64,000 nt of DNA from Patescibacteria group bacterium (GTDB lineage Bacteria; Bacillota; UBA4882; JAAYXC01): contig JBLNBS010000156.1 of assembly GCA_050260175.1 (NCBI GenBank), forward strand, positions 6,098 through 70,097, given 5' to 3'. The notes under the pieces were generated by a model. That model did no database searches. It saw only the letters and a program-made list of their open reading frames with translations, and was not told the origin of the DNA. The translations under genes were made by a program, and so were the position numbers. Below, piece by piece: positions 35,145-44,898 of the stretch; within the stretch, counting starts at the first letter, position 1, and each line of letters starts with the position of its first letter.

Positions 35145-36686
35145 ATGAATACCGCCGCGGTTCATGAACCGCTCGTCGCCATGCGGGGGATCACCAAGAG
35201 GTTTCCCGGCGTCCTCGCCAACGACCGTGTGGACCTGGAGATCCGCCCGGGTGAGATCCACGCCCTGTTGGGCGAGAACGGGGCCGGCAAGAGCACGCTC
35301 ATGAAGGTGCTCTATGGTTACTTCAGGGCCGACGCGGGCGAGATCCGCCTGGACGGGCGCCCCGCGCGCATCCTGTCCCCCAACGACGCGCGCCGCCTGG
35401 GGATCGGCATGGTCTTCCAGAGTTTTACCCTGATCCCCGCCCTGACCGTCGCAGAGAACATCGCTCTCTATCTGCCGAAACTCCCCGCCGTCCTGAACAG
35501 GCGGCACATCAACGAGCGCATCAGGGAGACGGCGGAGCGGTACGGCCTGGCCGTGGACCCGCAAGTCGCTGTCAAGCACCTCTCCGTGGGCGAGCAACAG
35601 CGGGTGGAGATCGTCAAGCTGCTCCTGGCGGAGGCGCGCATCCTCATCTTTGACGAACCCACCAAGGTGCTGGCCCCCCACGAGGTCGAGGGGTTGCTGC
35701 GGGTCTTTGACAATCTCAAGCGCGACGGTTACGCCGTGGTCTTTATCACGCACAAGCTCCAGGAGGCTCTGCACTGCGCGGATCGCATCACTGTGATGCG
35801 CGGCGGCAGGGTCGCGGGGACGCTGCCCGGCGCGGGGGCCACGGAGAGCGGGCTCGTCTCGCTCATGTTCGAGGCGGCCGTGCCCGAACCCGCCTATCAC
35901 CGCGCCGCGGCCGGATCCGGCACGCCCCTTTTGGAGTTGAGGCGGATCGGCACCCGCGGCGCCGGCGGCACCGTCGCCCTGGAGGAGATCGACCTCGCGG
36001 TCCAGCCCGGCGAGATCGTGGGCGTGGCCGGCGTAGCCGGCAACGGCCAGCGCGAGCTGGGCGATGTCGTCTTGGGCGTTCTGCCGTGCACGCGCGGAGC
36101 CAAGCTCATCGCCGGGCGTGACGCCACCCGCTGGCCCGTGGCCCAGGTTCGCGCCGCCGGTGTGGCCTTTGTGCCTGAGGATCCGTTCATGGCCGCCGTG
36201 CCGGGCATGAGTGTGCTCGAGAACATGGCGCTCGGCGCGACACGCGCCTACGCCCGCCGGGGCGGATTCGCCATGGACTGGCGCGCGGTTCGCGTGGATA
36301 CCACGAGTTTCCTGCAGCGCCTGGGGATGAGGATCCCGCCCCTGGAGAGCCGCGCCGCGGCTCTCTCCGGGGGCAACCTGCAGCGGATCGTCCTGGCCCG
36401 GGAGCTGTCCCGCGGCCCAAAGCTGATCGTGGCCTTTTATCCCACGCGCGGCCTCGATGTGCCGAGCGCCGCCAGGGCCCGCGAGCTGCTCATGGCGGCC
36501 CGGGACGGCGGCGCGGGCGTGCTCCTGATCTCGGAGGACCTGGGCGAGCTGTTCTCCCTCGGCGACCGGCTCGTCGTCCTCCACCGCGGCAGGATCGCCG
36601 GGGTTTTCCGGCCGGAGGAGACTACCGTCAACGCTGTCGGACACCTGATGACGGGCTCGAGGAGCAGAGATGGAAACAGCGCCTAG
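35145..36686 (+). CDS. ABC transporter ATP-binding protein, duplicated ATPase (sugar/nucleoside CUT2 type)
   Basis: Walker A GENGAGKST and GVAGNGQRE. Signatures LSVGEQQR and LSGGNLQR. Confidence 0.92.
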   Translation: MNTAAVHEPLVAMRGITKRFPGVLANDRVDLEIRPGEIHALLGENGAGKSTLMKVLYGYFRADAGEIRLDGRPARILSPNDARRLGIGMVFQSFTLIPALTVAENIALYLPKLPAVLNRRHINERIRETAERYGLAVDPQVAVKHLSVGEQQRVEIVKLLLAEARILIFDEPTKVLAPHEVEGLLRVFDNLKRDGYAVVFITHKLQEALHCADRITVMRGGRVAGTLPGAGATESGLVSLMFEAAVPEPAYHRAAAGSGTPLLELRRIGTRGAGGTVALEEIDLAVQPGEIVGVAGVAGNGQRELGDVVLGVLPCTRGAKLIAGRDATRWPVAQVRAAGVAFVPEDPFMAAVPGMSVLENMALGATRAYARRGGFAMDWRAVRVDTTSFLQRLGMRIPPLESRAAALSGGNLQRIVLARELSRGPKLIVAFYPTRGLDVPSAARARELLMAARDGGAGVLLISEDLGELFSLGDRLVVLHRGRIAGVFRPEETTVNAVGHLMTGSRSRDGNSA

Positions 36687-37725
36687 CCGTATGTGGAAGA
36701 CCATCCTCACCCGGGGCGGAACCGCCGGGATCCTCCGGTTCCTCCTCGCTTTCGCCCTGGCTTTCCTGGCTTTTGCCCTCGTCCTCTTACTCGCGGGCAA
36801 GAATCCGCTCCAGGCCTACGTCGATATCTTCGCCGGCGCCTTTAGCAACACCTACGGCTTTTCCGAGGTGTTGGTCAGGATGATCCCGCTCATGCTCACG
36901 GCCGTGGCCGTGGCCCTGCCGGCCAGGATCGGGCTGATTAACGTCGGCGCGGAGGGGCAGCTGTACATCGGCGCCCTCTTTGCCACCTGGGGCGCCCTCA
37001 ATCTCAGCGGCCTGCCGCAGGCCGTCCTCCTGCCCGCCATGTTCGTCCTATCCTTTCTGGGCGGCGGCCTGTGGGCCGCCATTTCGGGTTTCCTGCGCGC
37101 CCGCGGCTGGGTCAGCGAGACCATCTCCACCCTCCTCTCGAACTACGTCGCCATCCTACTCATCAACTTCTTCGTCTTCGGGCCCTGGCGGGATCCGCTG
37201 AGCGCCAATTATCCCCAGAGCCCGGAGTTCACCGCCGCGGCCAGGCTGCCCATGCTCGCCGGCACAAGAATCCACCTGGGCCTGGTCTTTGCCGTGGCGG
37301 CCCTGATCCTTTTCCATCTCCTGCTCAAAAAGACCAGGTGGGGCCTTGAGATGCGGGCCATCGGCGGCAACCAGGATGCCGCGCGTCGCAACGGCATCAA
37401 CATCGGCCGGTACATTCTCGGCGTCATGCTGGCCGGCGGCGGGATCGCGGGCTTGGCCGGCCTGGGCGAGGTGGCCGCCATCCAGGGCCGCCTCCGTCCC
37501 AGCCTCTCGCCGGGTTACGGCTTCATCGGCTTTCTCGTGGCCTGGCTTTCGGGCGGTTCACCGCCCGGGATCGCGGCTGCCGCTTTCCTCATGGCCGTGA
37601 TCAGCGCGGGCGGGGATACCCTCCAGATCGTGCACGGCTTGCCCGGCGCGGCGGTGGACATTCTTATGGCCCTCATGCTTTTCGTGGTCCTGGCCCAGCG
37701 CGGACGGAAGGCGGGTGTCCGATGA
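36670..37725 (+). CDS. ABC transporter permease (BPD_transp_2 type)
   Basis: Multi-TM protein. INVGAEGQLYIGALFATW block. Overlaps the ATPase gene 3' end. Confidence 0.88.
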   Translation: METAPSRMWKTILTRGGTAGILRFLLAFALAFLAFALVLLLAGKNPLQAYVDIFAGAFSNTYGFSEVLVRMIPLMLTAVAVALPARIGLINVGAEGQLYIGALFATWGALNLSGLPQAVLLPAMFVLSFLGGGLWAAISGFLRARGWVSETISTLLSNYVAILLINFFVFGPWRDPLSANYPQSPEFTAAARLPMLAGTRIHLGLVFAVAALILFHLLLKKTRWGLEMRAIGGNQDAARRNGINIGRYILGVMLAGGGIAGLAGLGEVAAIQGRLRPSLSPGYGFIGFLVAWLSGGSPPGIAAAAFLMAVISAGGDTLQIVHGLPGAAVDILMALMLFVVLAQRGRKAGVR

Positions 37726-38621
37726 CCATCAATTTCTGGGCGAGCGTGCTTGCTGGCTCGATCCTCTCCGCGACCTCGGTCCTCTACGCCACACTGGGCG
37801 AGGTCATCGAACAACGCGCGGGAATCGTCAACCTGGGCCTCGAGGGGATCATCCTCATGGGTGCCGTGGCCGGCTTTGCCGTGGCCGCGCGCACCGGCGA
37901 CGCCACCCTGGCCGTACTGGCCGCGGCCTTGGCCGGGGTGCTCTTCAACATGATCTTCGGCTTTCTCGTCATCACCTGCCGCGCCAACCAGTTGGCCAGC
38001 GGGCTCGCCCTGATGTTCTGCGGCTTCGGCCTGAGCGCCCTGCTCGGCACGGACTACGTCGGCAGCCAGATCGACGGGCTCGCCGCCATCAGGCTCCCCT
38101 TTATCCGTTCCGGTATCTTTGACTATGACATCCTGGTATACCTGGTGGTCCCCGTGGCCGTCCTGGTATACCTCATGCTCTACCACACCCGTTTCGGTCT
38201 CCGCTTGCGGGCTACGGGCGAGAACGCCGCCGCCGCCTTTGCCGCGGGCCTCAATCCCACGGTCCTTCGCTACGAGGCCCTGATCCTGGGCGGCCTCCTG
38301 GGCGGCCTGGGCGGCGCCCACCTTTCACTGGCCTTTACCAAGACCTGGGCGGAGGGAATGTCCGCCGGCCGCGGCTTTATCGCCGTCGCGCTGGTCATCT
38401 TCTCCAAATGGCACCCGCTACGGGCGATCTTCGGCGCGCTGCTCTTTGGCGGGGCCGTCGCCCTGCAGTTGCAACTCCAGGCGCGCGGCGCCCGCATCTC
38501 GCCTTTTCTCCTGGATATGCTGCCCTATCTCCTGAGCCTGGGCGTGCTGCTCGTCTGGGGCGGCTCGCGCAGGCACACGGCGCCCGCGGGATTGGGCCAG
38601 GTCTATAGGGGAACCGAATAG
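37722..38621 (+). CDS. ABC transporter permease (second subunit)
   Basis: EVIEQRAGIVNLGLEGIILMGAV block. Multi-TM protein. ATGA overlap with the previous gene. Confidence 0.88.
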   Translation: MTINFWASVLAGSILSATSVLYATLGEVIEQRAGIVNLGLEGIILMGAVAGFAVAARTGDATLAVLAAALAGVLFNMIFGFLVITCRANQLASGLALMFCGFGLSALLGTDYVGSQIDGLAAIRLPFIRSGIFDYDILVYLVVPVAVLVYLMLYHTRFGLRLRATGENAAAAFAAGLNPTVLRYEALILGGLLGGLGGAHLSLAFTKTWAEGMSAGRGFIAVALVIFSKWHPLRAIFGALLFGGAVALQLQLQARGARISPFLLDMLPYLLSLGVLLVWGGSRRHTAPAGLGQVYRGTE

Positions 38622-38705
38622 GCGCGGAAAGGGGTGGGAGCGCATCGCGTACGGAACCGGGGGGCAAAAAGCGTATAAATCAAACGAAGGAGGTTTGCGG
38701 AGAAG

Positions 38706-39788
38706 ATGAGACGTAAAGTTTTTCGGGCGGTTTTCCTCATCGGCATCGTCCTCATGGCCGCCGTGGTATGCGGGCAAGCCGCGGCGCCAAAGCTGATCGT
38801 CGGCATCCTACATGTGGGTTCGGTCACGGACGCCGGGTACAACCAGGCTCACCACGAAGGCGTCACCGTCATGAAGAAGAACCTCCCCTGGGTCAAGGTG
38901 ATCTCCGCCGAGAAGATCCCCGAGGGAGCCGAGGCCGAACGGGTCATGGAAAACATGATCCAGCGCGGCGCCAAGCTGATCATCCCGGCCAGCTACGGGT
39001 ATATGGACCCCGCGCTCAACGTGGCCAAAAGGCATCCCAACGTCTTCTTCGAGCATCCCGGCGGCTACAAGCTGGCCCCGAACATGGGCGTCTACTGGGC
39101 CGACACCACCGGGGCCTTTTATCTCATGGGCATCGCAGCGGGCCTGACGACCAAGACCAACAAGCTCGGTTTCGTCTGCGCCATGCCCATCGCGTTCCTG
39201 CTCGGCAACATCAACGCCTTCCAGCTCGGCGCCAAGTCCGTCAATCCCCAGGTCACGACCCGCGTGGTCTTTACGGGCGGCTGGGTCGATCCTGCCAAGG
39301 AGGCCATGGCGGCCAACGCCCTGATCGACGAGGGCGTCGACACCGTGGGCGCGATCGTGGACTCGCCCATCTCGGTTGTCAAAACGGCTGAAAAACGGGG
39401 TGTCTTCTCCGTCGGCTACCATTACGTGGGGGTGCGCAAGTTCGCCCCCAAGGGCTGGATCAGCGGCGTGGCCTTTAGCTGGGGCGAATTATACACCAAG
39501 TTCGCCAAGCAGGTCGTGGAGGGCACCTGGAAGAGCCAGAACATCAACGGCAACCTCGGCGACGACTTCCTCGTTATCGCGCCGTTCGGACCGGCCGTCC
39601 CGACCAAGGCCGAGGACCTGGTGAACCAGAAGAAGAAGGAGCTCATCCAGGGCAAATTCCATGTCTTCCAGGGGCCGCTCAAGGACAACCAGGGCGTGGA
39701 GCGCGTCCCAGCGGGCAAGGCCTATCCCCTCTGGGAACTGTACAAGCTCGACTGGCTGGTCGAAGGCGTGATCGGCCAGGCTAAGTAG
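38706..39788 (+). CDS. BMP-family (Med/PnrA-like) substrate-binding protein
   Basis: Signal/anchor VFLIGIVLMAAVVCG. ILHVGSVTDAGYNQAHHEGV. Typical BMP layout. Confidence 0.88.
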   Translation: MRRKVFRAVFLIGIVLMAAVVCGQAAAPKLIVGILHVGSVTDAGYNQAHHEGVTVMKKNLPWVKVISAEKIPEGAEAERVMENMIQRGAKLIIPASYGYMDPALNVAKRHPNVFFEHPGGYKLAPNMGVYWADTTGAFYLMGIAAGLTTKTNKLGFVCAMPIAFLLGNINAFQLGAKSVNPQVTTRVVFTGGWVDPAKEAMAANALIDEGVDTVGAIVDSPISVVKTAEKRGVFSVGYHYVGVRKFAPKGWISGVAFSWGELYTKFAKQVVEGTWKSQNINGNLGDDFLVIAPFGPAVPTKAEDLVNQKKKELIQGKFHVFQGPLKDNQGVERVPAGKAYPLWELYKLDWLVEGVIGQAK

Positions 39789-39796
39789 GTTTTTCC

Positions 39797-40828
39797 ATGC
39801 CAAGCGGTGATCCGTTCCCCGTCCTTCCCACCCCGGGGTTGAATACCGTCGCCACCGGGGGGGAGGGGCGGGGAACCCACCGCCGGGCGAGGCTAGTCGG
39901 GGTAGCGGCCCATGGGCTGCTCGTACGGGCGGCGACGTTTTCGGGCCGCGTCGCGGCGGCCGTCACCGGTGCTGTTTATCTGGAGGGCAGAGGCGGCGAG
40001 ATCCTGTGGATCGCCCCGCCCGGCTCGCCGGCCCACGCGCGCGCCGCGATCGCCAGCCTGCCCCCGGGCATCGCGCGAACCGGGATGGCGGCGGCTTCGG
40101 AAAGCGGCATCCTGCGTATCGGCCCGGCCGTGCTCGACCTGAACGCGGCGGTGGTCTGGGATCCCTGTACGCTCCGGCCGCGGGAGGCGGCGCCGCCCGC
40201 CCGGGTGCACGCCCAGGCGAGGCGCGCTCTGCAGGGCTTGGCTTCCCGGGCCGGGGCGGACTCTTTCGGCCGGATCACGCCCCTGTTCATCGACGGAGCC
40301 GACGGCGGCCTTGGATTTACGCAAGAAATACCGCCCCATGTTGGTATGGCTCTGCCTGTCTTGGCGGCTCTCCGCCGCGCCTGCCTCGCGCTTGACGCCG
40401 AGGCGGTGGCGCGGCAAGGCGAGGAGCTCATCGGTCTCGGGCCGGGGCTGACTCCCGCGGGGGACGATTTCCTTGGCGGCCTGCTCTTTGCCGCGCACCA
40501 TCTGATGCTGACTTATCCCGCCCGTATCCGTTGGGATGCCCGGCCTCTCCTGGATCTGACGCAAAAGGCCTGCGCGCGGACCAACCCGATCAGCCGCGCC
40601 ATCCTCGGTGACCTGATCCTCGGCCGCGGGCCCGAGCCGCTCCACTCCTTTTTCGCCCGCCTCCTCGGGGGCAAAGCGGCGAATCCGGACGGCGGCGCCG
40701 CGGCCCGCTTGGCCCGCATCGGCCACACGACGGGCCGGGACATGATGACCGGAGCTCTGGCCGGCGCGCTCCTTTTGACCGGAGCCGCGCTCGGGCGCGG
40801 CGCGCCATGCGAACACAGCGGCCGATGA
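39797..40828 (+). CDS. DUF2877 protein (YlbF/AllH-like)
   Basis: GLGPGLTPAGDDFLGGLLFA motif. Position upstream of the DUF1116 and FdrA genes. The start codon is uncertain. Confidence 0.65.
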   Translation: MPSGDPFPVLPTPGLNTVATGGEGRGTHRRARLVGVAAHGLLVRAATFSGRVAAAVTGAVYLEGRGGEILWIAPPGSPAHARAAIASLPPGIARTGMAAASESGILRIGPAVLDLNAAVVWDPCTLRPREAAPPARVHAQARRALQGLASRAGADSFGRITPLFIDGADGGLGFTQEIPPHVGMALPVLAALRRACLALDAEAVARQGEELIGLGPGLTPAGDDFLGGLLFAAHHLMLTYPARIRWDARPLLDLTQKACARTNPISRAILGDLILGRGPEPLHSFFARLLGGKAANPDGGAAARLARIGHTTGRDMMTGALAGALLLTGAALGRGAPCEHSGR

Positions 40829-40880
40829 AGGGCTGATCCGGGGAGGCGCGAAAGCCGCCCCGCTGCAAAGGAGAATAACC

Positions 40881-42143
40881 ATGTCAGAGGAGCTAAAGCG
40901 CAAGATCGAGAGCGCCAACGCTGAGGTCGCCAGGCGCATCATCGCCGCCGAGCCTGTGCTCGTCGATATCGCCCCGGCGCGGGAGGTCATCCCCGGCCTG
41001 CGTGACCGGATGATCCTGCACTCGGGCCCGCCGGTGGACTGGGAGCACATGTGCGGCGCCCAGCGGGGCGCGGCGATCGGCACGGCCATCCTCGAGGGCT
41101 GGGCCAGGGACGCGGGCGAGGCGGTAAAGCTCTTGCAGAGCGGCGCCATCACTTTGGAGCCGAACCACCACCATCAGGCCGTGGGGCCCATGGCCGGTAC
41201 GATCGCCGCCTCGCAGCCCGTCTTTGTCGTGGAAAACAGGGCCTTCGGCAACCGGGCCTTCTGCCGGCAGGTCGAGGGCCGCCAGCAGTTTGGGGATTAC
41301 AGCGACGAGGCCCTGCAGGCCCTGCGCGCCTGGCGGGATGTCTTTGCACCCGCCCTCAGGAAGGGCCTGCGCTGGATGAAGGGCCTGCCGCTCAAACCCA
41401 TCATCGCCAAGGCCCTGCATATGGGGGACGAGTTGCACAACCGGCAGACGGCCGCTTCCAGCCTCTTTGCAAACGCCATGGCCGCGCCCATGCTCTCGGC
41501 GGGCGTGGGCAAGTCCCAATTCCTGAAGACCATGGACTTGCTCACCCACCACGAGCTCTTCTTCCTCGGGCTTGCCATGGCCGCGGGCAAGGCCGCCGCC
41601 GATCCCGCCCTGGGCGTCGAGTACGGCACGGTCGTGGTGGCCATGGCCCGCAACGGCACCGAGTTCGGCATCCGCGTCGCCGGGCTAGGCACGGAGTGGT
41701 TCACCGCGCCCTCGCCGCGCGTCGAGGGGCTTTTCCTGCCCGGTTTCAGCGAAAAGGACGCCGGTTTTGACATGGGCGACTCGGCCATTACCGAGACCGT
41801 GGGCTGGGGCGGGTTCGTCCTGGCGGGGGCCGCAGGCATCCTCAGCCTGGTCGGCGGCACGCCCGAGGAGGCCGTGGCTTACTGCCGCGACATGCGCCAG
41901 ATCACCGTCGCCTCCCATCCCGTCTATTCCACGCCGGCCCTCGGCTTTGCCGGCGCGCCGGTCGGCATCGACATCCGCCGGGTGGTGCAGACGGGCATCC
42001 TCCCCGTCATCGACACCGCCATGGCGCACAGGGAGCCGGGCCATCCCATCATCGGCGCCGGCCTGGTCCGTCCCCCCATGGATTGCTTCAAGAAAGCCCT
42101 GGCAGCGTTCGGCCGCAAATACGGTCTCGCGGGCGGCGCCTGA
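40881..42143 (+). CDS. DUF1116 protein (YlbE/AllG-like)
   Basis: About 420 aa. ILHSGPPVDWEHMCGAQRGA block. Conserved synteny with fdrA and carbamate kinase. Confidence 0.7.
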   Translation: MSEELKRKIESANAEVARRIIAAEPVLVDIAPAREVIPGLRDRMILHSGPPVDWEHMCGAQRGAAIGTAILEGWARDAGEAVKLLQSGAITLEPNHHHQAVGPMAGTIAASQPVFVVENRAFGNRAFCRQVEGRQQFGDYSDEALQALRAWRDVFAPALRKGLRWMKGLPLKPIIAKALHMGDELHNRQTAASSLFANAMAAPMLSAGVGKSQFLKTMDLLTHHELFFLGLAMAAGKAAADPALGVEYGTVVVAMARNGTEFGIRVAGLGTEWFTAPSPRVEGLFLPGFSEKDAGFDMGDSAITETVGWGGFVLAGAAGILSLVGGTPEEAVAYCRDMRQITVASHPVYSTPALGFAGAPVGIDIRRVVQTGILPVIDTAMAHREPGHPIIGAGLVRPPMDCFKKALAAFGRKYGLAGGA

Positions 42144-42215
42144 GCCGCGGAGGCCCGGTAGCCCCGGAGCGCGGTCGCGTTGCGAAACGGTTATGGCGGG
42201 AGCGGAGGGGTGCGC

Positions 42216-43778
42216 ATGCAGTCCGGCTACATCGTCAAGAGGAACGAGTACAAAGACTCCGTCTTTCTCATGCGCGTGGCCAAGGAATTGGCGAGCCAGG
42301 ACGGCATCACGGGGACCGCGGCCCTCATGGCCACCGCGAAAAATAAGCAGCTCCTGGCGGAGATGGACGTGGCGGGGCCGGAGATCGAGACAGCCGGCCC
42401 CAACGACCTCGTCCTGGCCGCCAAGGGCGAGAGCATGGAAAAGATCGAGGCCGCGCTGGCGCGGGCCGAAGTCTTGCTTCACCCGGAGCCGGGGCGGGAC
42501 GGGGTCTCCTCCTCCTTTCGCACCCTGGACGCGGCCCTGGCGAGCCAGCCCCGGGCCAACCTGGCGGTCATCTCCGTGCCCGGCGAGTATGCCGGCGCGG
42601 AGGCGCAGAGGGCCCTGGAGCGCGGGCTGAATGTCTTTCTCTTTAGCAACGGCGTACCCCTCGAGGACGAGCTTTCCCTCAAGCGATACGCGCGGGACCA
42701 CGGGCTCATCGTCATGGGGCCCGATTGCGGCACAGCCATCATCGGCGGGGTGGGCGTCGGCTTCGCCAACGCCGTCAGAAGGGGGCCCGTCGGCGCGATC
42801 GGTTCCTCCGGCACGGGCCTGCAGGAGTTCACCACCCTGGTCCACAACGCAGGCGCCGGCATCTCCCACGCCATCGGCACGGGCAGCGCCGACCTCTCCG
42901 ATGCGGTGGGCGGCCTCTCCACCCTGTCCGCCCTCGACGCCCTGGAGTCGGATACCGGCACCACCGTGATCGCGGTCATCGCCAAGCCCCCCGGCGCGGA
43001 GACGCTGGCCCGCCTCTTGGACCGGATCGGCCGGGCGCGCAAACCGGTCGTCGCCTGCCTGCTCGGCGCGGGCACGGCGCAGGCCGGGCCGTGCAAGGGA
43101 TGCACGATCGTGCGGACGCTCGACGAGGCGGCCTTGCTCGCCCTTGGGCTCGCGGCCGGCCGTCCATCCCCTCCTTTCCCCGGCGGCGCCGTGGAGCTGG
43201 AGGCTTTCGCCGCCCGCGAGCTTTCGGGCATGAGCCCGGCGCAACGCTACCTCCGCGGCCTTTTCGCCGGGGGCACCCTGTGTTACCAAGCGCAGCAGAT
43301 CCTGGCCGACGCCGGCCTCGCGGTCCATGCCAACGCCCCCCTGCCGGGCAATCCAGTCCTGCCCGACCCAAGGCGCAGCCAGGGCCACAGCCTGATCGAC
43401 ATGGGGGCCGAGATCTTTACCCAGGGCAGGCCTCACCCCATGATCGACCCGGCGCTGCGCCGCGAGCGCCTGCTCGAGGAGGCCGCCGATCCGGAGACGG
43501 CCGTGATCCTGCTCGATTTCATCCTGGGTTACAACGCCTCCCCCGACCCAGCGGGCGAACTGGCCGGCGCCATCAAGGAGGCCAGGGCCTTGGCGGCCGG
43601 GCGGGGCGGTTACCTGAGCGTGGTGGCCTCCGTCTGCGGAACGGACGGGGATCCGCAGGGCCTGCGGGGCCAGATCGAGGCGCTCGAGGGCGCGGGGGCG
43701 GTCGTCCTGCCTACCGGCGCGCGCGCTGCCATGCTCTGCCGGGATATGGTCAAGCTTCTCGAGAAAAAAGCGGGGTGA
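42216..43778 (+). CDS. fdrA: FdrA-family acyl-CoA synthetase-like protein (succinyl-CoA ligase alpha-like folds)
   Basis: VISVPGEYAGAEAQRALERGLNVFLFSNGV, IVMGPDCGTAIIGG, GAIGSSGTGLQE. RBS GGAGGGG precedes ATG 42216. Confidence 0.85.
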   Translation: MQSGYIVKRNEYKDSVFLMRVAKELASQDGITGTAALMATAKNKQLLAEMDVAGPEIETAGPNDLVLAAKGESMEKIEAALARAEVLLHPEPGRDGVSSSFRTLDAALASQPRANLAVISVPGEYAGAEAQRALERGLNVFLFSNGVPLEDELSLKRYARDHGLIVMGPDCGTAIIGGVGVGFANAVRRGPVGAIGSSGTGLQEFTTLVHNAGAGISHAIGTGSADLSDAVGGLSTLSALDALESDTGTTVIAVIAKPPGAETLARLLDRIGRARKPVVACLLGAGTAQAGPCKGCTIVRTLDEAALLALGLAAGRPSPPFPGGAVELEAFAARELSGMSPAQRYLRGLFAGGTLCYQAQQILADAGLAVHANAPLPGNPVLPDPRRSQGHSLIDMGAEIFTQGRPHPMIDPALRRERLLEEAADPETAVILLDFILGYNASPDPAGELAGAIKEARALAAGRGGYLSVVASVCGTDGDPQGLRGQIEALEGAGAVVLPTGARAAMLCRDMVKLLEKKAG

Positions 43779-43784
43779 GACGGT

Positions 43785-43955
43785 ATGGCCGGGGTGGACG
43801 ATCTCCTGGCGCGCGGCGTGACCGCGATCAACGTGGGGCTGCCGGGCTTTGCCGAGAGCCTCAGGTCCCAGGGAGCGCAGGCCGCGCAGGTGGACTGGAT
43901 CCCGCCTGCCGGCGGAGACCGGGAGATGCTCGATCTCCTGGCGGAGCTGCTCTGA
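43785..43955 (+). CDS. 56-aa ORF, possibly a detached FdrA C-terminal module
   Basis: MAGVDDLLARGVTAINVGLPGFAESLRSQGAQAAQVDWIPPAGGDREMLDLLAELL. Tightly packed, 6 nt after the fdrA stop and 1 nt before the carbamate kinase ATG. Codon usage looks like that of its neighbours. Too short for the ORF track. Confidence 0.5.
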   Translation: MAGVDDLLARGVTAINVGLPGFAESLRSQGAQAAQVDWIPPAGGDREMLDLLAELL

Positions 43956-43956
43956 G

Positions 43957-44898
43957 ATGGCCCGCCTGGCCGTGGTGGCCGTGGGCGGCAACGCGCTGAT
44001 CAGGGACGCGGGCCACCAGTCCATCCCCGACCAGTGCGTGGCAGCGGCCGCCGCCTGCGGGCAGATCGCCGCGATGGTCGCGCGCGGCTGGCAGATCGTG
44101 CTCACGCACGGCAACGGGCCCCAGGTCGGTTTCATCCAGCGCCGCGCCGAGCTCGCCCTCTCCGAGCTTCCCCCGGTGCCCCTCGACCATTGCGGCGCGG
44201 CCTCCCAGGGCGATATCGGCTACATCCTCCAGCGCGCGCTCGGCAACGAGCTGCGCAAGAGGGGTTGCCGCAGGCAGGTGGTCTCCCTCGTCACCCAGAC
44301 GCTCGTGCAAAGGGACGACCCGGCTTTTGCGAACCCCACCAAGCCCATCGGCTCTTTTATGGATGCGGCGGTCGCCCGGAGGCGCGGCGAGGAAGAGGGC
44401 TGGCAGGTCGGGGAGGACGCGGGCCGCGGTTGGCGGCGCATGGTGCCCTCGCCCCTCCCGCGGCGCATCGTCGAGCTGGACGTCATCCGCACCCTGGTGC
44501 GCGCGGGGGCGATCGTCATCTGTCTAGGCGGCGGGGGCATACCCGTTTGCGAAAACGAGGCGGGGGAGCTCGAGGGCCTCGAGGCGGTGATCGACAAGGA
44601 TCGCGCCAGTTCGCTCCTGGCGCGCGGCCTCCGGGCCGATCTCTTCCTCATCACGACCGGGGTGGAAAAGGTGGCGCTGCGCTACAACCAGCCGGGCGAA
44701 ACTTGGCTGGATCGCCTCACCCTGGCCGAGGCCAGGCGCCTCCTGGGTGAGGGCCACTTTCCCCCGGGCTCGATGGGGCCAAAGATCGAGGCCGCCGTCG
44801 GCTACCTGGAGTCGGGCGGCAGGGAGGTCCTCATCACCAGTCCGGACAGCCTGGCGCGCGCCCTGCGCGGCGAGACGGGCACCAGGATCACGGCCTGA
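43957..44898 (+). CDS. arcC: Carbamate kinase
   Basis: VVAVGGNAL, LTHGNGPQVG, VIDKDRAS, FPPGSMGPKIEAA. Confidence 0.93.
   Translation: MARLAVVAVGGNALIRDAGHQSIPDQCVAAAAACGQIAAMVARGWQIVLTHGNGPQVGFIQRRAELALSELPPVPLDHCGAASQGDIGYILQRALGNELRKRGCRRQVVSLVTQTLVQRDDPAFANPTKPIGSFMDAAVARRRGEEEGWQVGEDAGRGWRRMVPSPLPRRIVELDVIRTLVRAGAIVICLGGGGIPVCENEAGELEGLEAVIDKDRASSLLARGLRADLFLITTGVEKVALRYNQPGETWLDRLTLAEARRLLGEGHFPPGSMGPKIEAAVGYLESGGREVLITSPDSLARALRGETGTRITA

Noticed and set aside
41685-44135. 816-aa minus-strand ORF. Similar long antisense ORFs lie at 3153-4925, 14294-16198, 14178-16010, 35016-36800, 22351-23769, 52571-54238 and 61406-63034.
   Set aside because: Each lies exactly antisense or out of frame to a gene with clear family motifs (FdrA, GspE, GH38, ABC ATPase, PdxS/T, TamB, Skp). 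Their translations are Arg/Gly/Pro/Ala-rich low-complexity sequence. These are typical shadow ORFs of high-GC DNA where stop codons are rare.
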